Part shown: in pieces, positions 42,727 to 53,817 of the stretch | How the letters are laid out: each line of letters starts with the position of its first letter | Numbering within the stretch: the stretch's first letter is position 1 | Origin: an uncultured delta proteobacterium | Lineage (GTDB): Bacteria > Desulfobacterota > Binatia > Binatales > Binataceae | NCBI GenBank assembly: GCA_963765675.1 | Contig: CAVXXK010000001.1 | Span: 736,001-800,000, forward strand | Reading direction: 5' to 3' | DNA: 64,000 bases | Made by a program: the position numbers and the translations under genes | The notes under the pieces: generated by a model | The model's database searches: none | What the model was told of the DNA's origin: nothing | The model's input: the letters and a program-made list of their open reading frames with translations, nothing else

Positions 42727-44454
42727 TCAGGCGTGTCCGTGACGTAGCAGTTTGCCAGAGGTCGCTCCGGTACACTTGTCGTTGGCGAAGGTCTCGACGC
42801 CGTTGACGATAATCGAACGATAGCCCTTCGCATGCTGCACACGGCGCCATTCGCCGCCGGGCAGATCCTGGGCCACTTCACCAATCCAATCCGGCGCGAT
42901 GTCCAAGCCGTTCAGATCGTAGACCACGACATCGGCCCACGCGCCTTCGCGCAGCGTTCCTCGATCGCGGAAACCGGCCGCGTGTGCAGGCAGGGCGGAA
43001 AGGCGGTAGTGCGCCTCTTCGAGCGTCACCCGCTGCTCGTCCCGAACCATCCAGCGGAGAAAGTCGGTAGTGAAGGAGCCACCGGTAAAGAACTTCGTAT
43101 GCGCACCGCCGTCGGAAACGCCCGGGAAGGTGTACATCGATCCATTGATGATCTCAGCGTTGAACTCCGCGTTGAACTGCGGCTCGGCTTGGAGGAATTC
43201 AGCCTTTAAATCGGTTGCAAGCGACAGATCGATCATCACGTCAACCGGATGCCGCCCTTCTTCCTGGCCGATTTGCCCGAGCGATTTGCCGACGTACTTT
43301 TCGAGCTCAGGCTTGTTCTCGACCCATGAGACGATTAGCTTCACCAGCCGCCCGCCGATTCCTGGGGCGTTCTTGTCCAGCGCCGCCATCGAGCGTTCGC
43401 TCTTAACTGCCTCTCGGATCGCCGGATCCTTCATCTTCGCGATCTTCTCTTCCCTGGAACCGGTCGTCATGTCACGCCACGGAGGCGCCATGTCGTAGAG
43501 ATTCCAATGCTCGAGCGTAAACGCAAAGCCGCTGCGAACGGTGCCGCCCTGGCCGAAGATCGGCAGACCCTTGGCGCGCGCATTATGCAGCCAGTTAAGA
43601 CTCTTGCGATGGATCTCGGGGTTGCGGGTGCTTGCCGTGATCGCCTGGAACAAGATAGGACGTTGCGCCTCGCCGGCGAGTTTCTCGACAAACGCCAGAT
43701 CTTCCTTGATATGCCCGGTAGCCTGCGTGATCTCGATGAAACCCTCGTCGCGCGCGCGCAAAACGCCTGCGAGATTCAGGATGTCCTCGTCGCACATCGT
43801 GTCGGTCACCATCGGCGAGCCGTCGAAGTCGGCTTGCGCGGAATGCTTGCCGAGGCGCTGTATCGAGAAGCCGCAGAGGCCGGCATCCATGCCTTCATTG
43901 AGGAGCCGTCTCATCTCGGCCCGTTCAGCATCGGTTGCCGGGCGGGTTTTCGCGGCGTCCAGCCCCATGACGTAGGTCATTAACGATGCGGTCGGCATGT
44001 ACTGAATGCAATTGACGCCCTTTGGCGCGCGATCGAGCGAATCGAGGTACTGGGGAATGGTTTCCCAATCCCAGCTCATGCCTGCTTTCATCGATTCGTA
44101 AGGAATCGCCTCGGTGCGCGTCATTGTGAGCATCGAACGATCGCGGAAGTCGGGCTTAACCGGAGCGAAGCCAAAACCGCAGTTGCCGAGCACCACTGAG
44201 GTCACGCCGTGCCAACCGGAAATAGTGCACCAGGGATCCCACCTGATCTGCGCGTCATAGTGGGTGTGCAGGTCGACGAATCCGGGAGCGACGATCAGAC
44301 CATCAGCGTCGATGACTTTCTTCGCAAAGCCGGGGGCGCGGCCGCCGATCTGGGCGATTCTGCCATCCTTGATCCAGATATCGCCGCGAAAACCTGGCAC
44401 GCGTGTTCCATCAACTATGGTGCCGCCTTTGATGTGTAGATCGAATTCCGCCAT
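42727..44454 (-). CDS. N-acyl-D-amino-acid deacylase-like amidohydrolase
   Basis: APGFVDLHTHYDAQ, GVTSVVLGNCGFGFAP, SDGGAH, DRGTLREGAWADVVV. Confidence 0.92.
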   Translation of the reverse strand: MAEFDLHIKGGTIVDGTRVPGFRGDIWIKDGRIAQIGGRAPGFAKKVIDADGLIVAPGFVDLHTHYDAQIRWDPWCTISGWHGVTSVVLGNCGFGFAPVKPDFRDRSMLTMTRTEAIPYESMKAGMSWDWETIPQYLDSLDRAPKGVNCIQYMPTASLMTYVMGLDAAKTRPATDAERAEMRRLLNEGMDAGLCGFSIQRLGKHSAQADFDGSPMVTDTMCDEDILNLAGVLRARDEGFIEITQATGHIKEDLAFVEKLAGEAQRPILFQAITASTRNPEIHRKSLNWLHNARAKGLPIFGQGGTVRSGFAFTLEHWNLYDMAPPWRDMTTGSREEKIAKMKDPAIREAVKSERSMAALDKNAPGIGGRLVKLIVSWVENKPELEKYVGKSLGQIGQEEGRHPVDVMIDLSLATDLKAEFLQAEPQFNAEFNAEIINGSMYTFPGVSDGGAHTKFFTGGSFTTDFLRWMVRDEQRVTLEEAHYRLSALPAHAAGFRDRGTLREGAWADVVVYDLNGLDIAPDWIGEVAQDLPGGEWRRVQHAKGYRSIIVNGVETFANDKCTGATSGKLLRHGHA

Positions 44455-45178
44455 TGTTCCCTCCTCGTGTGGTAAGGACAATTCGAACTTTTGTGCGGTC
44501 TCGCGCGGAAGCGCGCTTATCCCAAGCAAGACAGATCCTTATGCAAGTGGCGGCGAAAATTCAAACTCAAACTCGCCGACCAATTTCCTCACGTGCTGCG
44601 CGCGTGGACTCGCGAAGCGGGGTTGCACCCAGGTTATCGACGGGCTGCAACGCGCTGGTTTTCGCGGCGGCTGCCTATCCCGAATGACGTGGGATCCAGC
44701 TTTTGCTTTCAAGTTTCTGCGTTCAATCATTTTTTGATGACGAAGGTCCACTCTCGTCGTAAAATCGGGATAGAAGCATTTAGACTAAGAGGCTCGCCCC
44801 CCGGTGTCTCGCCGCATTAACGGGCTATTCGGATACCAAGATGAAGATAGTCACTCCCCTGAAAATGTCGTTGTTTGGAATAGTTGAGTTGCTGGCCCGC
44901 CATAACGGTAGGAAGGAGTTTATTCCGACACATCAGAGATATTGTATCTGTGGCTGCCCCAAGGAAGAGGTTAGAAACCGCGAACGCGATCCTTACCTAA
45001 AGAAGCAGATGGCGAACTTCCCGGGAAACTTCGCTGCGCCAGGGACCCTTGGATCGATACGGCCAAAGCGCTGAGAAATCCAACATACCGATCGGTTTGT
45101 GTTTTACCGCTGGATAGATCGATACTCGGGGTGAATATCGTTTAGGCGCGCGTCAATCTTCTAAAGAGAGGTGTCGTC

Positions 45179-46885
45179 ATGGCGGATTTCGACTTGGTCG
45201 TAAAAAACGGCATGGTGGTCGACGGTACCCGTGCACCACGTTTTCGCAGCGATATCGGAATCAAAAACGGCAGGATCTCTAAAATTGGCCGTATCTCTGC
45301 GCACCAGGGGGTGAGGGTAGTCGATGCCGACGGACAGATTGTTGCCCCGGGTTTCATCGATCTGCACACCCACTATGACGCGCAGATCTTCTGGGATCCC
45401 TACCTCACGATCTCCGGCTATCACGGCATCACTTCGGTCGTGATCGGCAACTGCGGATTTGGCTTCGCTCCGGTGCGCCCCAAGGAAGCCGAACGCGCGA
45501 TGCTCACGATGGTCCGCACCGAGGCGATTCCGCTGCGCGCGATGCAGGCCGCGATGCCGTTCGACTGGGAAACCTATCCTCAATTCATGGACAAGCTCGA
45601 CCGTCTGCCCAAGGGCGTGAACCTGCTGCCTTACGTTCCGATGAATCCGGTGCTGGGCTACGTCATGGGAATCGAGGAGTCCAAGACGGGCCGCATGCCG
45701 TCGGACGACGAGCACGCCACGATGCGCCGCATTCTGCACGAAGCAATGGATGCGGGCGCGTGCGGATGGTCGGCGCAACGGCTTCTTCCGGGCGGACCGA
45801 GCGCGGTTCAGCGCGACTTCGACGGCTCTCCGATGAATACCGACGTGATGCATGACGAGACCTGCCTCGAAATGGCGCGAGTACTCGGCGAGCGTGGCGA
45901 AGGCTTTCAGGAACTGACGCTGGCGAGTTGGGATCCGAGGAAGGACGCGGAGCACTTCGAGAAGATCGCCGAGGTCAGCGGGCGTCCGATAATGTACGAA
46001 GCACTGGTGACGAACGATCGCTTCCCGCATCGCCATCGCAATACGATGAGGTGGCTCGAACGATGCCGTCAGAAGGGTCTGCCGGTCTATGGCCAGGGAA
46101 CAACCACCGATGCCGGTCTCACGTTCACGTTCGAGGACTGGAACTTGTTCGACGACTCCGACGCCTGGCGCGAGGCAACCACCGGCACCGTGGCCGAGCG
46201 CACCGAGAAACTCGCTGATCCTCGCCGCCGCGATGCGCTCAAGGCACAGATGCCGCGCGAGAGCCTGATCACCAACTATTTCGACGAGATAATCATCACG
46301 GAATGCCAATCCCCCGAGAACAAGAAGTTCGAGGGCATGACCCTGCGCCTCGCGGCGAAAGAGACGGGCAAGGACGCCGTCGACACCATGCTGGACATCG
46401 CAGTGTCGGAAAATCTCAAGACCGAGTTCTTCGCACCGGCGGTGAACTCGTCCGATCTGATGAAGGAACTGCTCGACTATCCATACATAACATTCGGCGT
46501 TTCCGACGGCGGCGCGCACACGAAGTTTCTCACCGCTGGCCGCTATCCCACCGAAGGACTCATCCGCTTTGTACGCGAGAAGCAGTGGTTGAGCCTCGAA
46601 GACATCCACTGGCGGATGTCGGGGCTTCCGGCCTTCTGCGCGGGATTCAAGGATCGCGGCTTTCTGCGCGAAGGCGCACCGGCCGATATCGTGATTTACA
46701 ACCTCGAGCGATTGAAGGTCCTACCGGTCGAGATTGCGCACGACTTGCCGGGCGACGAATGGCGCCGTGTGCAACGTGCCGAGGGCTATAGCCATGTGAT
46801 CGTGAACGGTCAGATTACGTGGGAGGGCGACCGCTTCACCGGCGCAACTCCGGGTAAGGTCCTGCGCCACGGAGTCTCGGCTTAA
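45179..46885 (+). CDS. N-acyl-D-amino-acid deacylase-like amidohydrolase (divergent paralogue)
   Basis: APGFIDLHTHYDAQ, GNCGFGFAP, SDGGAH. Confidence 0.92.
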   Translation: MADFDLVVKNGMVVDGTRAPRFRSDIGIKNGRISKIGRISAHQGVRVVDADGQIVAPGFIDLHTHYDAQIFWDPYLTISGYHGITSVVIGNCGFGFAPVRPKEAERAMLTMVRTEAIPLRAMQAAMPFDWETYPQFMDKLDRLPKGVNLLPYVPMNPVLGYVMGIEESKTGRMPSDDEHATMRRILHEAMDAGACGWSAQRLLPGGPSAVQRDFDGSPMNTDVMHDETCLEMARVLGERGEGFQELTLASWDPRKDAEHFEKIAEVSGRPIMYEALVTNDRFPHRHRNTMRWLERCRQKGLPVYGQGTTTDAGLTFTFEDWNLFDDSDAWREATTGTVAERTEKLADPRRRDALKAQMPRESLITNYFDEIIITECQSPENKKFEGMTLRLAAKETGKDAVDTMLDIAVSENLKTEFFAPAVNSSDLMKELLDYPYITFGVSDGGAHTKFLTAGRYPTEGLIRFVREKQWLSLEDIHWRMSGLPAFCAGFKDRGFLREGAPADIVIYNLERLKVLPVEIAHDLPGDEWRRVQRAEGYSHVIVNGQITWEGDRFTGATPGKVLRHGVSA

Positions 46886-46913
46886 CGAAAGCGATCGCGC
46901 AGAGTTTTAAGCG

Positions 46914-46940
46914 AGCCGCCGCCGTCTTACGGCGGCGGCT
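46914..46940. terminator. hairpin between convergent genes, probable terminator
   Basis: AGCCGCCGCCGT-CTT-ACGGCGGCGGCT perfect 12-bp stem. Confidence 0.65.
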
Positions 46941-46956
46941 GGATCTCAGAGGCACT

Positions 46957-48646
46957 TCAGTCAGGGATTTTCTCTCCGATGCTTACGGCTTCAAGAGCCC
47001 GACCGTGAACATGGGTAGAACCTGACGAGAGATTGATTCCTTCGTAGCCCTTTTCCGCAACTTCGTTGATCTTGCTCACGTATTTCGGGGATCCGCCGTT
47101 GTAAACGAGGTACCGGATCTTGCCGTGCTCGTGGCCCGGGATGTTCGAGTTGTACCCGGTGAACCAGGACTTGGCCTTTCGCATGAGCATCGCCGAGTAC
47201 ATCTTTTTCACGTGGGCGGTCCAGTATTCCTGGGCTTCGAGGGTCGGATCAGCCCGAACGTAGCCATGCTCCCACATATACTCGAGCAATTTCGTACACC
47301 AGTTGACACCGGTTTCGATGCCGCGCGGATAGTTCGTCGAGGCCGAGCCGCTCTGCGGCCCGGACGGCATCAGGAAATTCGGGAACCCATGGACGAGCAT
47401 TCCCAGGAATGTCGACGGACCGTCGCTCCATCGCTCGCGTAATTTCGCGCCACCGACACCCTGAATGTCGATTCGGTCGAACGCGCCGGTGATCGCATCG
47501 AAGCCTGTGGCATACACGATTATGTCAAAGTCGTATTCGCGCTCGGTGGTGCGTATCCCCTTTTCGGTCACCTCGACGATCGGCGTCTCGCTGATGTCCA
47601 CCAGGTGCACGTTGTCGCGGTTGTAGGCTTCGAAATAATGCGTCTCCATCGGCACCCGCTGCACGCCGAAGCCATGATCACGGGGAATCAGCTTCTCGGC
47701 GACGGCCGGATCCTTCACCCGCCGGCGAATCCGGTCGGCGACGTACTCGGAGAACTCGGCGTTCGCTTTCTCATCCGTAAATATCTCGCGGAAGTTGCGC
47801 AGCCAGATCGCAAACCCGGGCATATCATAGAGCCGATCCCACAGCGCCACGCGCTCCTCACGCAGCGATGTCGTAGAAGCCGCGCCGGTCAGGCTCATGT
47901 TCGAAGCCGCCGGGCGTACGAGAGCAGGTCTTGAAGATCTCGTCATAACGCGATCGGATGTCGGCCATCTCCGCTTCGGAGATCGGCCCGTTGTTCAGAG
48001 GAGCGGACCAGTTGGGCCGGCGCTGGAAAACGGTCAGCTCGCCGACCTTGTCCGCGATCTCCCCGATAACCTGGATACCCGTGGCGCCGGTACCGATCAC
48101 GGCGACCTTCTTGCCGGCCATCGCGACCGGTTCGTGCGGCCAATGGAAAGTATGGAACGAGCGCCCCTTGAATTTCTCCATACCCTTGAACAGCGGAGGG
48201 GTGGGTATTGAAAGGAGGCCGACCGCCAAAATGATGAAGCGGCTTGTCAGCTCGCGACCGTCCTCGATCCTGAGCCGCCACAGGTCATTGGTCTCGTCGA
48301 AGTGCGCCGCCTCGACCTTGCAATTGAACTGCATGTATTTGCGCAGGTCGAACTTGTCCGCGACGTAGTTCAGATAGCGCAGGTTCTCAGGCTGACCTGA
48401 GAATCGTTCTTTCCAGTGCCATTCATTCAGCAGTTCCTTGGAAAATGAGTAACCGTAGGTGTAGCTTTCCGAGTCGAACCGGGCTCCCGGATAGCGGTTC
48501 CAGTACCAGGTCCCGCCAAGGTCGGGCGCGGCGTCGAGCACGGTGGCGTCCACTCCGAGATCGGCCAAAAGTTTGATCTGATAAATTCCGGCCACTCCAG
48601 CGCCGATGACAATAACCTCGTAGTGCGACTTTGTCCTGTCGATCAT
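46957..48646 (-). CDS. type I Baeyer-Villiger monooxygenase; apparent frameshift ~47866
   Basis: GAGVAG, GGTWYWNRYPGARFD, FKGRSFHTFHWP fingerprint, GTGATG; the C-terminal half (ATGFDA) is in another frame. Confidence 0.9.
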
Positions 48647-48872
48647 AATCTGCTCCCATTATATTCGTCGGATAGCGCGCCCAACGGTCTCCAGCTCTTT
48701 CCACCATCGACGAACTTCGAAATCAGCGACATCGCGATTCGGTCGCCGTGGCATTAGTCTCGCAGGATTGTGGAAAAAGTCAAATCCTGATTAGAATTAG
48801 GCAATGCGCAAGACGCGTCGACTTTCGGCGCAAACGGAAACCGGCCGCTAGCTGATTTGGGAGACGACGACG

Positions 48873-49604
48873 ATGGGTACTCTTGATGGAAAGGTCGCGA
48901 TCGTTACCGGTGCCGCGCGCGGCCAGGGAGCGGCGGAGGCTCGGCTCTTCGTTGCAGAAGGCGCCAAGGTCATGTTGACCGACGTCTTACCGGAAGGCGG
49001 AGCCGTCGCCGAAGCGTTGGGCGACCTGGCGGCTTTTTCACGCCACGATGTAAGCAGCGGGGCGGACTGGGAACGGGTAGTCCGAGCCACCATACAGCGG
49101 TTCGGGCGCATGGATATTCTGGTGAACAACGCCGCCATCTACAAAATGCGATCGCTGCTCGACACTACCGACGACGAGTTCGACCAGATCACCCGGATCA
49201 ACCAGCGCGGCCCATTTTTGGGCATGCGGACGGCTGCGCCCGCGATGCGCGCATCGGGCGGCGGTTCGATCATCAATATCTCGTCGGGCGCGGGACTGAG
49301 AGGCGTGCGCAATATGCTCGCCTATGCCGCGACCAAATGGGCGCTGCGCGGAATGACCAAGTGTGCGGCGCTGGAACTTGCGGCCGATCGCATTCGCGTT
49401 AACTCGATACATCCGGGTGTAATCGAGACACCGATGCTGGATCACAATCCGGCGGCGTTTAACCAGGCGTTGGTGCGCGCAACTCCGATCGGGCGCATCG
49501 GCCAGCCCGACGATATCGCACGGATGGTGCTCTATCTTGCCTCCGATGCCGCCAGCTTCATTACCGGCGCCGAATTCGCGGTCGACGGCGGCGGAACGAT
49601 CTAG
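48873..49604 (+). CDS. SDR oxidoreductase (3-alpha,20-beta-HSD-like)
   Basis: TGAARGQG, NNAA, YAATKWALRG, RVNSIHPG. Confidence 0.92.
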   Translation: MGTLDGKVAIVTGAARGQGAAEARLFVAEGAKVMLTDVLPEGGAVAEALGDLAAFSRHDVSSGADWERVVRATIQRFGRMDILVNNAAIYKMRSLLDTTDDEFDQITRINQRGPFLGMRTAAPAMRASGGGSIINISSGAGLRGVRNMLAYAATKWALRGMTKCAALELAADRIRVNSIHPGVIETPMLDHNPAAFNQALVRATPIGRIGQPDDIARMVLYLASDAASFITGAEFAVDGGGTI

Positions 49605-49629
49605 AGATCGAAAATACCGCAGCGCATGC

Positions 49630-49794
49630 GGCAGCAGGCTCACAATCCGCGCATCGTCCGAAGTGAAAGAGATATACGAGAAGACCGGTCTTACCGGCAC
49701 GATGATCTTTATCGTCATCCGCTCGACGCTGATCAATTAGAGAGGCGAAGTAGTCGCACGCGTTGACCAGCGGATGATGAACCGCCGGCCGTAG
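49630..49794 (+). pseudogene. C-terminal remnant of a MaoC/hot-dog-fold dehydratase gene
   Basis: SEVKEIYEKTGLTGTMIFIVIRSTLIN*RGEVVARVDQRMMNR: in-frame TAG where NQRGE is expected; no start. Confidence 0.55.
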
Positions 49795-50010
49795 GCAGGC
49801 GCTGTTCCGCTTTGTGCAGGGCTCTGAGGCGGATCACTGTCAGGAAAAGCGATGCTTTTAGGTGCTTCGCCCCAAGCCCAAAAACTCTGTCGAGAGCTGA
49901 TTTCGGAAGTCATGCCAAAGAGCGAACCGTATTCTACGACCGTCCTTATTCGTGGCTTATAGCTCCTGATTAACCGCTTCATGGGACGCCGGATGACATT
50001 TAGCGCGGCC

Positions 50011-50763
50011 TTAGTGTAAGCCGCCGGAAGCGCTGATTCGTTCGCCCGTCAGCCATGCGGCATCGTCTGAGGCGAGAAAAACAATGACTGGCGCGATTTC
50101 CTCCGGCTTGCCAAATCTCGCGGCCAGCGGGGTAGCCGCTGCGCCCGCTTCTCCCGCCGCACTGCCGACAAAGCCGCTGCTGCGATTGCCTTCTGTATCA
50201 ACGAGCCCTGGGGCGACGGTATTAACGCGGATGTTCCGGGGTCCGAGCTCTTTCGCCAGCGCCTTTGTAATCGTATCAATGGCGCCCTTGGTTGCTGAGT
50301 AGAGACACGAACTCGGAACCGGATTCTCGCTGGCGATGGAGCTGACATTGATGATGCTGCCGCCGCTGGACGGGAAATATCTCAGCGCTTCCTGCGTTGC
50401 GAGAATCGTCCCGAGCACATTGATGTCGAATTCGCGGTGGAACTCTCTTTCCGTGATCGCTTCGAGGGGTTCGAATTGAAAAACGCCGGCATTGTTCACC
50501 AGCACATTCACCGACCCGAAGACTTCCTTTGTCTTCTCGAACATGCGCTTTACGTCGGACGCTTTAGAAACGTCAGCCTGAATCGCGATGGCTTTACCGC
50601 CTTCGTGTGTTATCTGCGACACCAGACGCTCGGCGCCTTCTTTTCCTGAGGAGTAGATGACCGCAACTGCAGCTCCTTCAGCCGCGAGCGCCTTGGCCAC
50701 AGCAGCTCCAATTCCTTTGGATGCTCCGGTTACGATTGCCACCCTGCCAGCTAATTTTTTCAT
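50011..50763 (-). CDS. SDR family oxidoreductase
   Basis: TGASKGIG, NNAG, YSATK. Confidence 0.92.
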   Translation of the reverse strand: MKKLAGRVAIVTGASKGIGAAVAKALAAEGAAVAVIYSSGKEGAERLVSQITHEGGKAIAIQADVSKASDVKRMFEKTKEVFGSVNVLVNNAGVFQFEPLEAITEREFHREFDINVLGTILATQEALRYFPSSGGSIINVSSIASENPVPSSCLYSATKGAIDTITKALAKELGPRNIRVNTVAPGLVDTEGNRSSGFVGSAAGEAGAAATPLAARFGKPEEIAPVIVFLASDDAAWLTGERISASGGLH

Positions 50764-50789
50764 ATCAATGTCCCTCTCGTTGCGACAGG

Positions 50790-51566
50790 CTAGCCTTTAG
50801 CTCGCCTTGATTTGATCAGATCGGCCGACGACGCCCCTTCGAGCGACAATCCATAGCCAACTTCGCGCACGATCCGCTCCTTCAACGGTTGAATAAAATG
50901 GATACGGGTGGCGCGGCGCGTCACTTCAGGGGCCTTCAAATATAGCTCCGCCAATGCCCGCGCCCGGCTGAGTGCAGTACCATTTGGTACAACTTCGGCA
51001 ACTACTCCCCACTCGTTTGCGGTACGCGCAGGCAGCGGCTGTGGGTTCAGCAGGAACGCCTCCGCTCGTCCTGCTCCAGCACGGTAACTCCAGGTGGTAA
51101 AGATGCCGTCACCTGGAGCAACGCCCGCGGCGAAGTGGGCTACATCCTCGAAGGTCGCACTCTCCGCGGCCACAATCACACTGGCAAGTAATGCGTAGTC
51201 TGAATGCACATGCGCGCGTCCCTCGATAGCCGCGATGACCGGCACGCGTATGTTGGCTATGTTTTCCAAAACCTGAAGACCTTCGTCGTGAACCTGGCTC
51301 CAGACGCCGGGATCCGTGACGTCACCGAAAGATGACCAATCGACATCACCAATAAACTGGCTGGCTGCGCCCGTCAGGATTACAATTTTGTTCGCTCGAT
51401 CTTGCCCAATCCGGTAGAAGGCATCGACAAATTCTGTGTGAGCTTGCGCGGTCATAATGAACGGTCCACCGTTGCTGTGGAATTGAGCAACCAGTACACC
51501 GTTGACTTCTCGCGTCAGCTTTAGGTTGTGATACCCAGCGAAGTAATCAGCTTGAATGGTTTGCAT
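50790..51566 (-). CDS. crotonase-family protein, 6-oxocamphor hydrolase-like
   Basis: VPVIAAIEG, AAESATFED..HF...V.PGDG (His/Asp dyad pattern of the CamK type). Confidence 0.8.
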   Translation of the reverse strand: MQTIQADYFAGYHNLKLTREVNGVLVAQFHSNGGPFIMTAQAHTEFVDAFYRIGQDRANKIVILTGAASQFIGDVDWSSFGDVTDPGVWSQVHDEGLQVLENIANIRVPVIAAIEGRAHVHSDYALLASVIVAAESATFEDVAHFAAGVAPGDGIFTTWSYRAGAGRAEAFLLNPQPLPARTANEWGVVAEVVPNGTALSRARALAELYLKAPEVTRRATRIHFIQPLKERIVREVGYGLSLEGASSADLIKSRRAKG

Positions 51567-51643
51567 AGGATTCTCCTCTCTGATTCATCTGCTCGGAGTC
51601 ACTCAATCTAATGAGATAATTCGTGGCTGACCCCCTCGAAGGT

Positions 51644-53032
51644 TCATCGCGCCGAAAGATTAGCCATTAACTGGCTCAACCCTTCGGACATTGTCGGATG
51701 AGTCAGGATTGGATCGCGGAAAACCGAGTAGGGTAGGTGACCAAGCATCGCAGTTTGCATCGCTACCATCAGCTCGCTCGCTTCGAATCCGAATGCGGTG
51801 AAGCCCAGAATCTCGTCGCTGTTTTTGGCGACGAGTACCTTCATAAAGCCGCGCGGCTCGGAAATTGTTTTAGTGCGTAGCACTTCGGCCATCGGCAACG
51901 TTGCCATGCGATATTCGATGCCGTCGCGACGCGCTTCGACTTCGTTCTTACCGACGCGCGCCAACTCCGGATCGGTGAACATGCAGAAGGGAATCAAGCG
52001 ATTGCGGTTGGTGCGATTGCCGCCGCTCAGGTTTGCGTGAACGATGTGGTAGTCGTCGAGACCGACGTGCGTGAATTGAGGACTGCCCGCGCAATCGCCC
52101 ATCGCCCAGACGTTTTCCGCGGTAGTTTCCAGCCGCTCATTAGTCTTGATGTAACCGTGCTCGTCGAGTTGAACGCCGGTCTTATCGAGACCGATTCCGT
52201 CGCTGTTTGCCTTGCGGCCGGTCGCGACGAGAAGATCGGTGCCCTCGATAGCACGATCTCCGCGTGAGTCATTGACGTACACGCGAATGCGATTGCCTGA
52301 ATGTCCTTCGACGCGGCGAGTCGTGGCATCCAGCACGACCTCGATTCCCTCATCGACGAACAAGTCCTTGAGCGCTGCCGCGACATCGGGATCTTCCCGG
52401 TTCGCCAGTTGCGCGGTGTGTTCGATCACCGTCACCTCCGAACCGAATCGACGAAACGCCTGCGATAGTTCGAGGCCGACGTACCCGCCGCCGAGCACGA
52501 TCAAATGCTTGGGCAAGCGATCAAGCTCCAGCGTTTCGACATGCGTCATCGGCGTAGCCTCGGCCAGGCCGGGCACTTGCGGAATTGCTGCGCGCGAACC
52601 GAGATCGAGAAAGACGCGGTCTCCCCGGATGGTTCTCGTACCGCCGTCTCGCAGCTCGATCTCCACCGTGCGGGGAGCGACGAAGCGCGCAATACCATAA
52701 ATCAATTCTGCGCCGCTGGCTTCGGTGAGTTCCTCGTGCGCTTTGCGCAGCTCTCGGACCATCGCGCGCTTGCGCCGCTGCACGGCCGCCATGTCGACGC
52801 TCAACGAATCAGTCTTGAGGCCGAACTCGATGCCGCGCCGGGCCAGGGAGATTACCTTGGCGGACCAGATGATGTTCTTGCTTGGCAGACAAGCGACGTT
52901 AGGACACGCGCCACCGAGCAGCCCGCGCTCGACGATTGCCATTCGACGACGGTCGTCGCGGGTCCATGCGGTAACCTTGCCAGCGATTCCGCTGCCGATG
53001 ATGAGGTCGTCATACTTCTCAACGTTGGCCAT
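51644..53032 (-). CDS. pyridine nucleotide-disulfide oxidoreductase (mercuric-reductase-like, RclA/YkgC type)
   Basis: GGACPNVACLPSK, GGGYVGLE, QFTH, HPTMSE; no C-terminal CC. Confidence 0.88.
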   Translation of the reverse strand: MANVEKYDDLIIGSGIAGKVTAWTRDDRRRMAIVERGLLGGACPNVACLPSKNIIWSAKVISLARRGIEFGLKTDSLSVDMAAVQRRKRAMVRELRKAHEELTEASGAELIYGIARFVAPRTVEIELRDGGTRTIRGDRVFLDLGSRAAIPQVPGLAEATPMTHVETLELDRLPKHLIVLGGGYVGLELSQAFRRFGSEVTVIEHTAQLANREDPDVAAALKDLFVDEGIEVVLDATTRRVEGHSGNRIRVYVNDSRGDRAIEGTDLLVATGRKANSDGIGLDKTGVQLDEHGYIKTNERLETTAENVWAMGDCAGSPQFTHVGLDDYHIVHANLSGGNRTNRNRLIPFCMFTDPELARVGKNEVEARRDGIEYRMATLPMAEVLRTKTISEPRGFMKVLVAKNSDEILGFTAFGFEASELMVAMQTAMLGHLPYSVFRDPILTHPTMSEGLSQLMANLSAR

Positions 53033-53612
53033 TTGATTCGCCTCCTTGGCCCGACGTCTGGCGTGACTCTTGATGCGGAAAGTCGATTGGAACCCGCGCG
53101 ACGTGGCTCATGTAGTTCTCGAAAATGTTCAGTGCGACGTTGGCGACCGTCTCGACGATTTCACCGTCGCTCAAACCGCCGGTACGGGCGCGCGCGAGAT
53201 CCGCGTCCGTGAGTTCGCCACGCTGAACGACGATGCTGCGCGCGAGTTTGAGGATGGCATCTGTTCTCGCATCGTCCGCGCTTGCGCGAATCGCATCGTC
53301 GATTTCAGCTTGATTCAGTCCGATTTTTGCGGCGATAGCTGTGTGCCCGCTCAAGCAGTAAGCGCAAAGGTTGCTCTCGGCGATGGCGAGCGCGAGTTGC
53401 TCGCGAGTTTTTTCGTCGAGGGCTCCGCGGCCGAGCGCCGTGCTCAGATCCATGAGTCCTTCAAGCGCCGCCGGCGCATTCGCAAGAACGCGAAATAGAT
53501 TCGGCACCAGCGCGAATTTCGTGCGTATCTCTGCGAAGTGTCGTCTGATCGCGCCGGTTGCCCGATCGGGATCGACTGGCTTGATGCGATTCTGGTCTCG
53601 GTATCCGCTCAT
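53019..53612 (-). CDS. AhpD / carboxymuconolactone decarboxylase family peroxidase-related protein
   Basis: VPNLFR, REQLALAIAESNLCAYCLSGH. Confidence 0.88.
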   Translation of the reverse strand: MSGYRDQNRIKPVDPDRATGAIRRHFAEIRTKFALVPNLFRVLANAPAALEGLMDLSTALGRGALDEKTREQLALAIAESNLCAYCLSGHTAIAAKIGLNQAEIDDAIRASADDARTDAILKLARSIVVQRGELTDADLARARTGGLSDGEIVETVANVALNIFENYMSHVARVPIDFPHQESRQTSGQGGESNGQR

Positions 53613-53646
53613 CGCCGCCTCTCGGCTGATTGCTCGGGATTCGAAA

Positions 53647-53663
53647 CACAGCTTTCGTGCCAA
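53647..53663 (-). promoter_or_regulatory. possible sigma54 (-24/-12) promoter
   Basis: TTGGCACG-AAAG-CTGT: consensus -24 element, imperfect -12; ~35 nt upstream of the AhpD-like gene and next to an enhancer-binding protein gene. Confidence 0.45.
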
Positions 53664-53817
53664 GCAGCGGTTGCCGAAGAACGTTTGAGGGAACGGAGTT
53701 TTCCGGGTGATCAATGAAGCGCTGGACTACGAAGAATCGTAAAATTACGATTGTTCGCAAGACTCGCAAGAATTCGCGATCGCCAACCGCCAGCTGCGAG
53801 AGTCAGGCGTTGATGCC

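Noticed and set aside
45161-46609. Long antisense ORFs (also 38636-39865, 36142-37260, 59125-60186, 16205-17095)
   Set aside because: Shadows of well-supported genes on the opposite strand in high-GC DNA; no motifs.
48786-48801. Imperfect palindrome CCTGATTAGAATTAGG as a shared operator
   Set aside because: Short, imperfect, a single instance, with no adjacent regulator gene.
49738-49740. Pyrrolysine or other readthrough of the in-frame TAG in the MaoC-like fragment
   Set aside because: The fragment lacks its 5' part and start; a CAG-to-TAG nonsense change in a remnant is simpler.
51644-53032. merA mercury resistance
   Set aside because: No C-terminal Cys-Cys, no HMA domain, and no mer transport or regulator genes.
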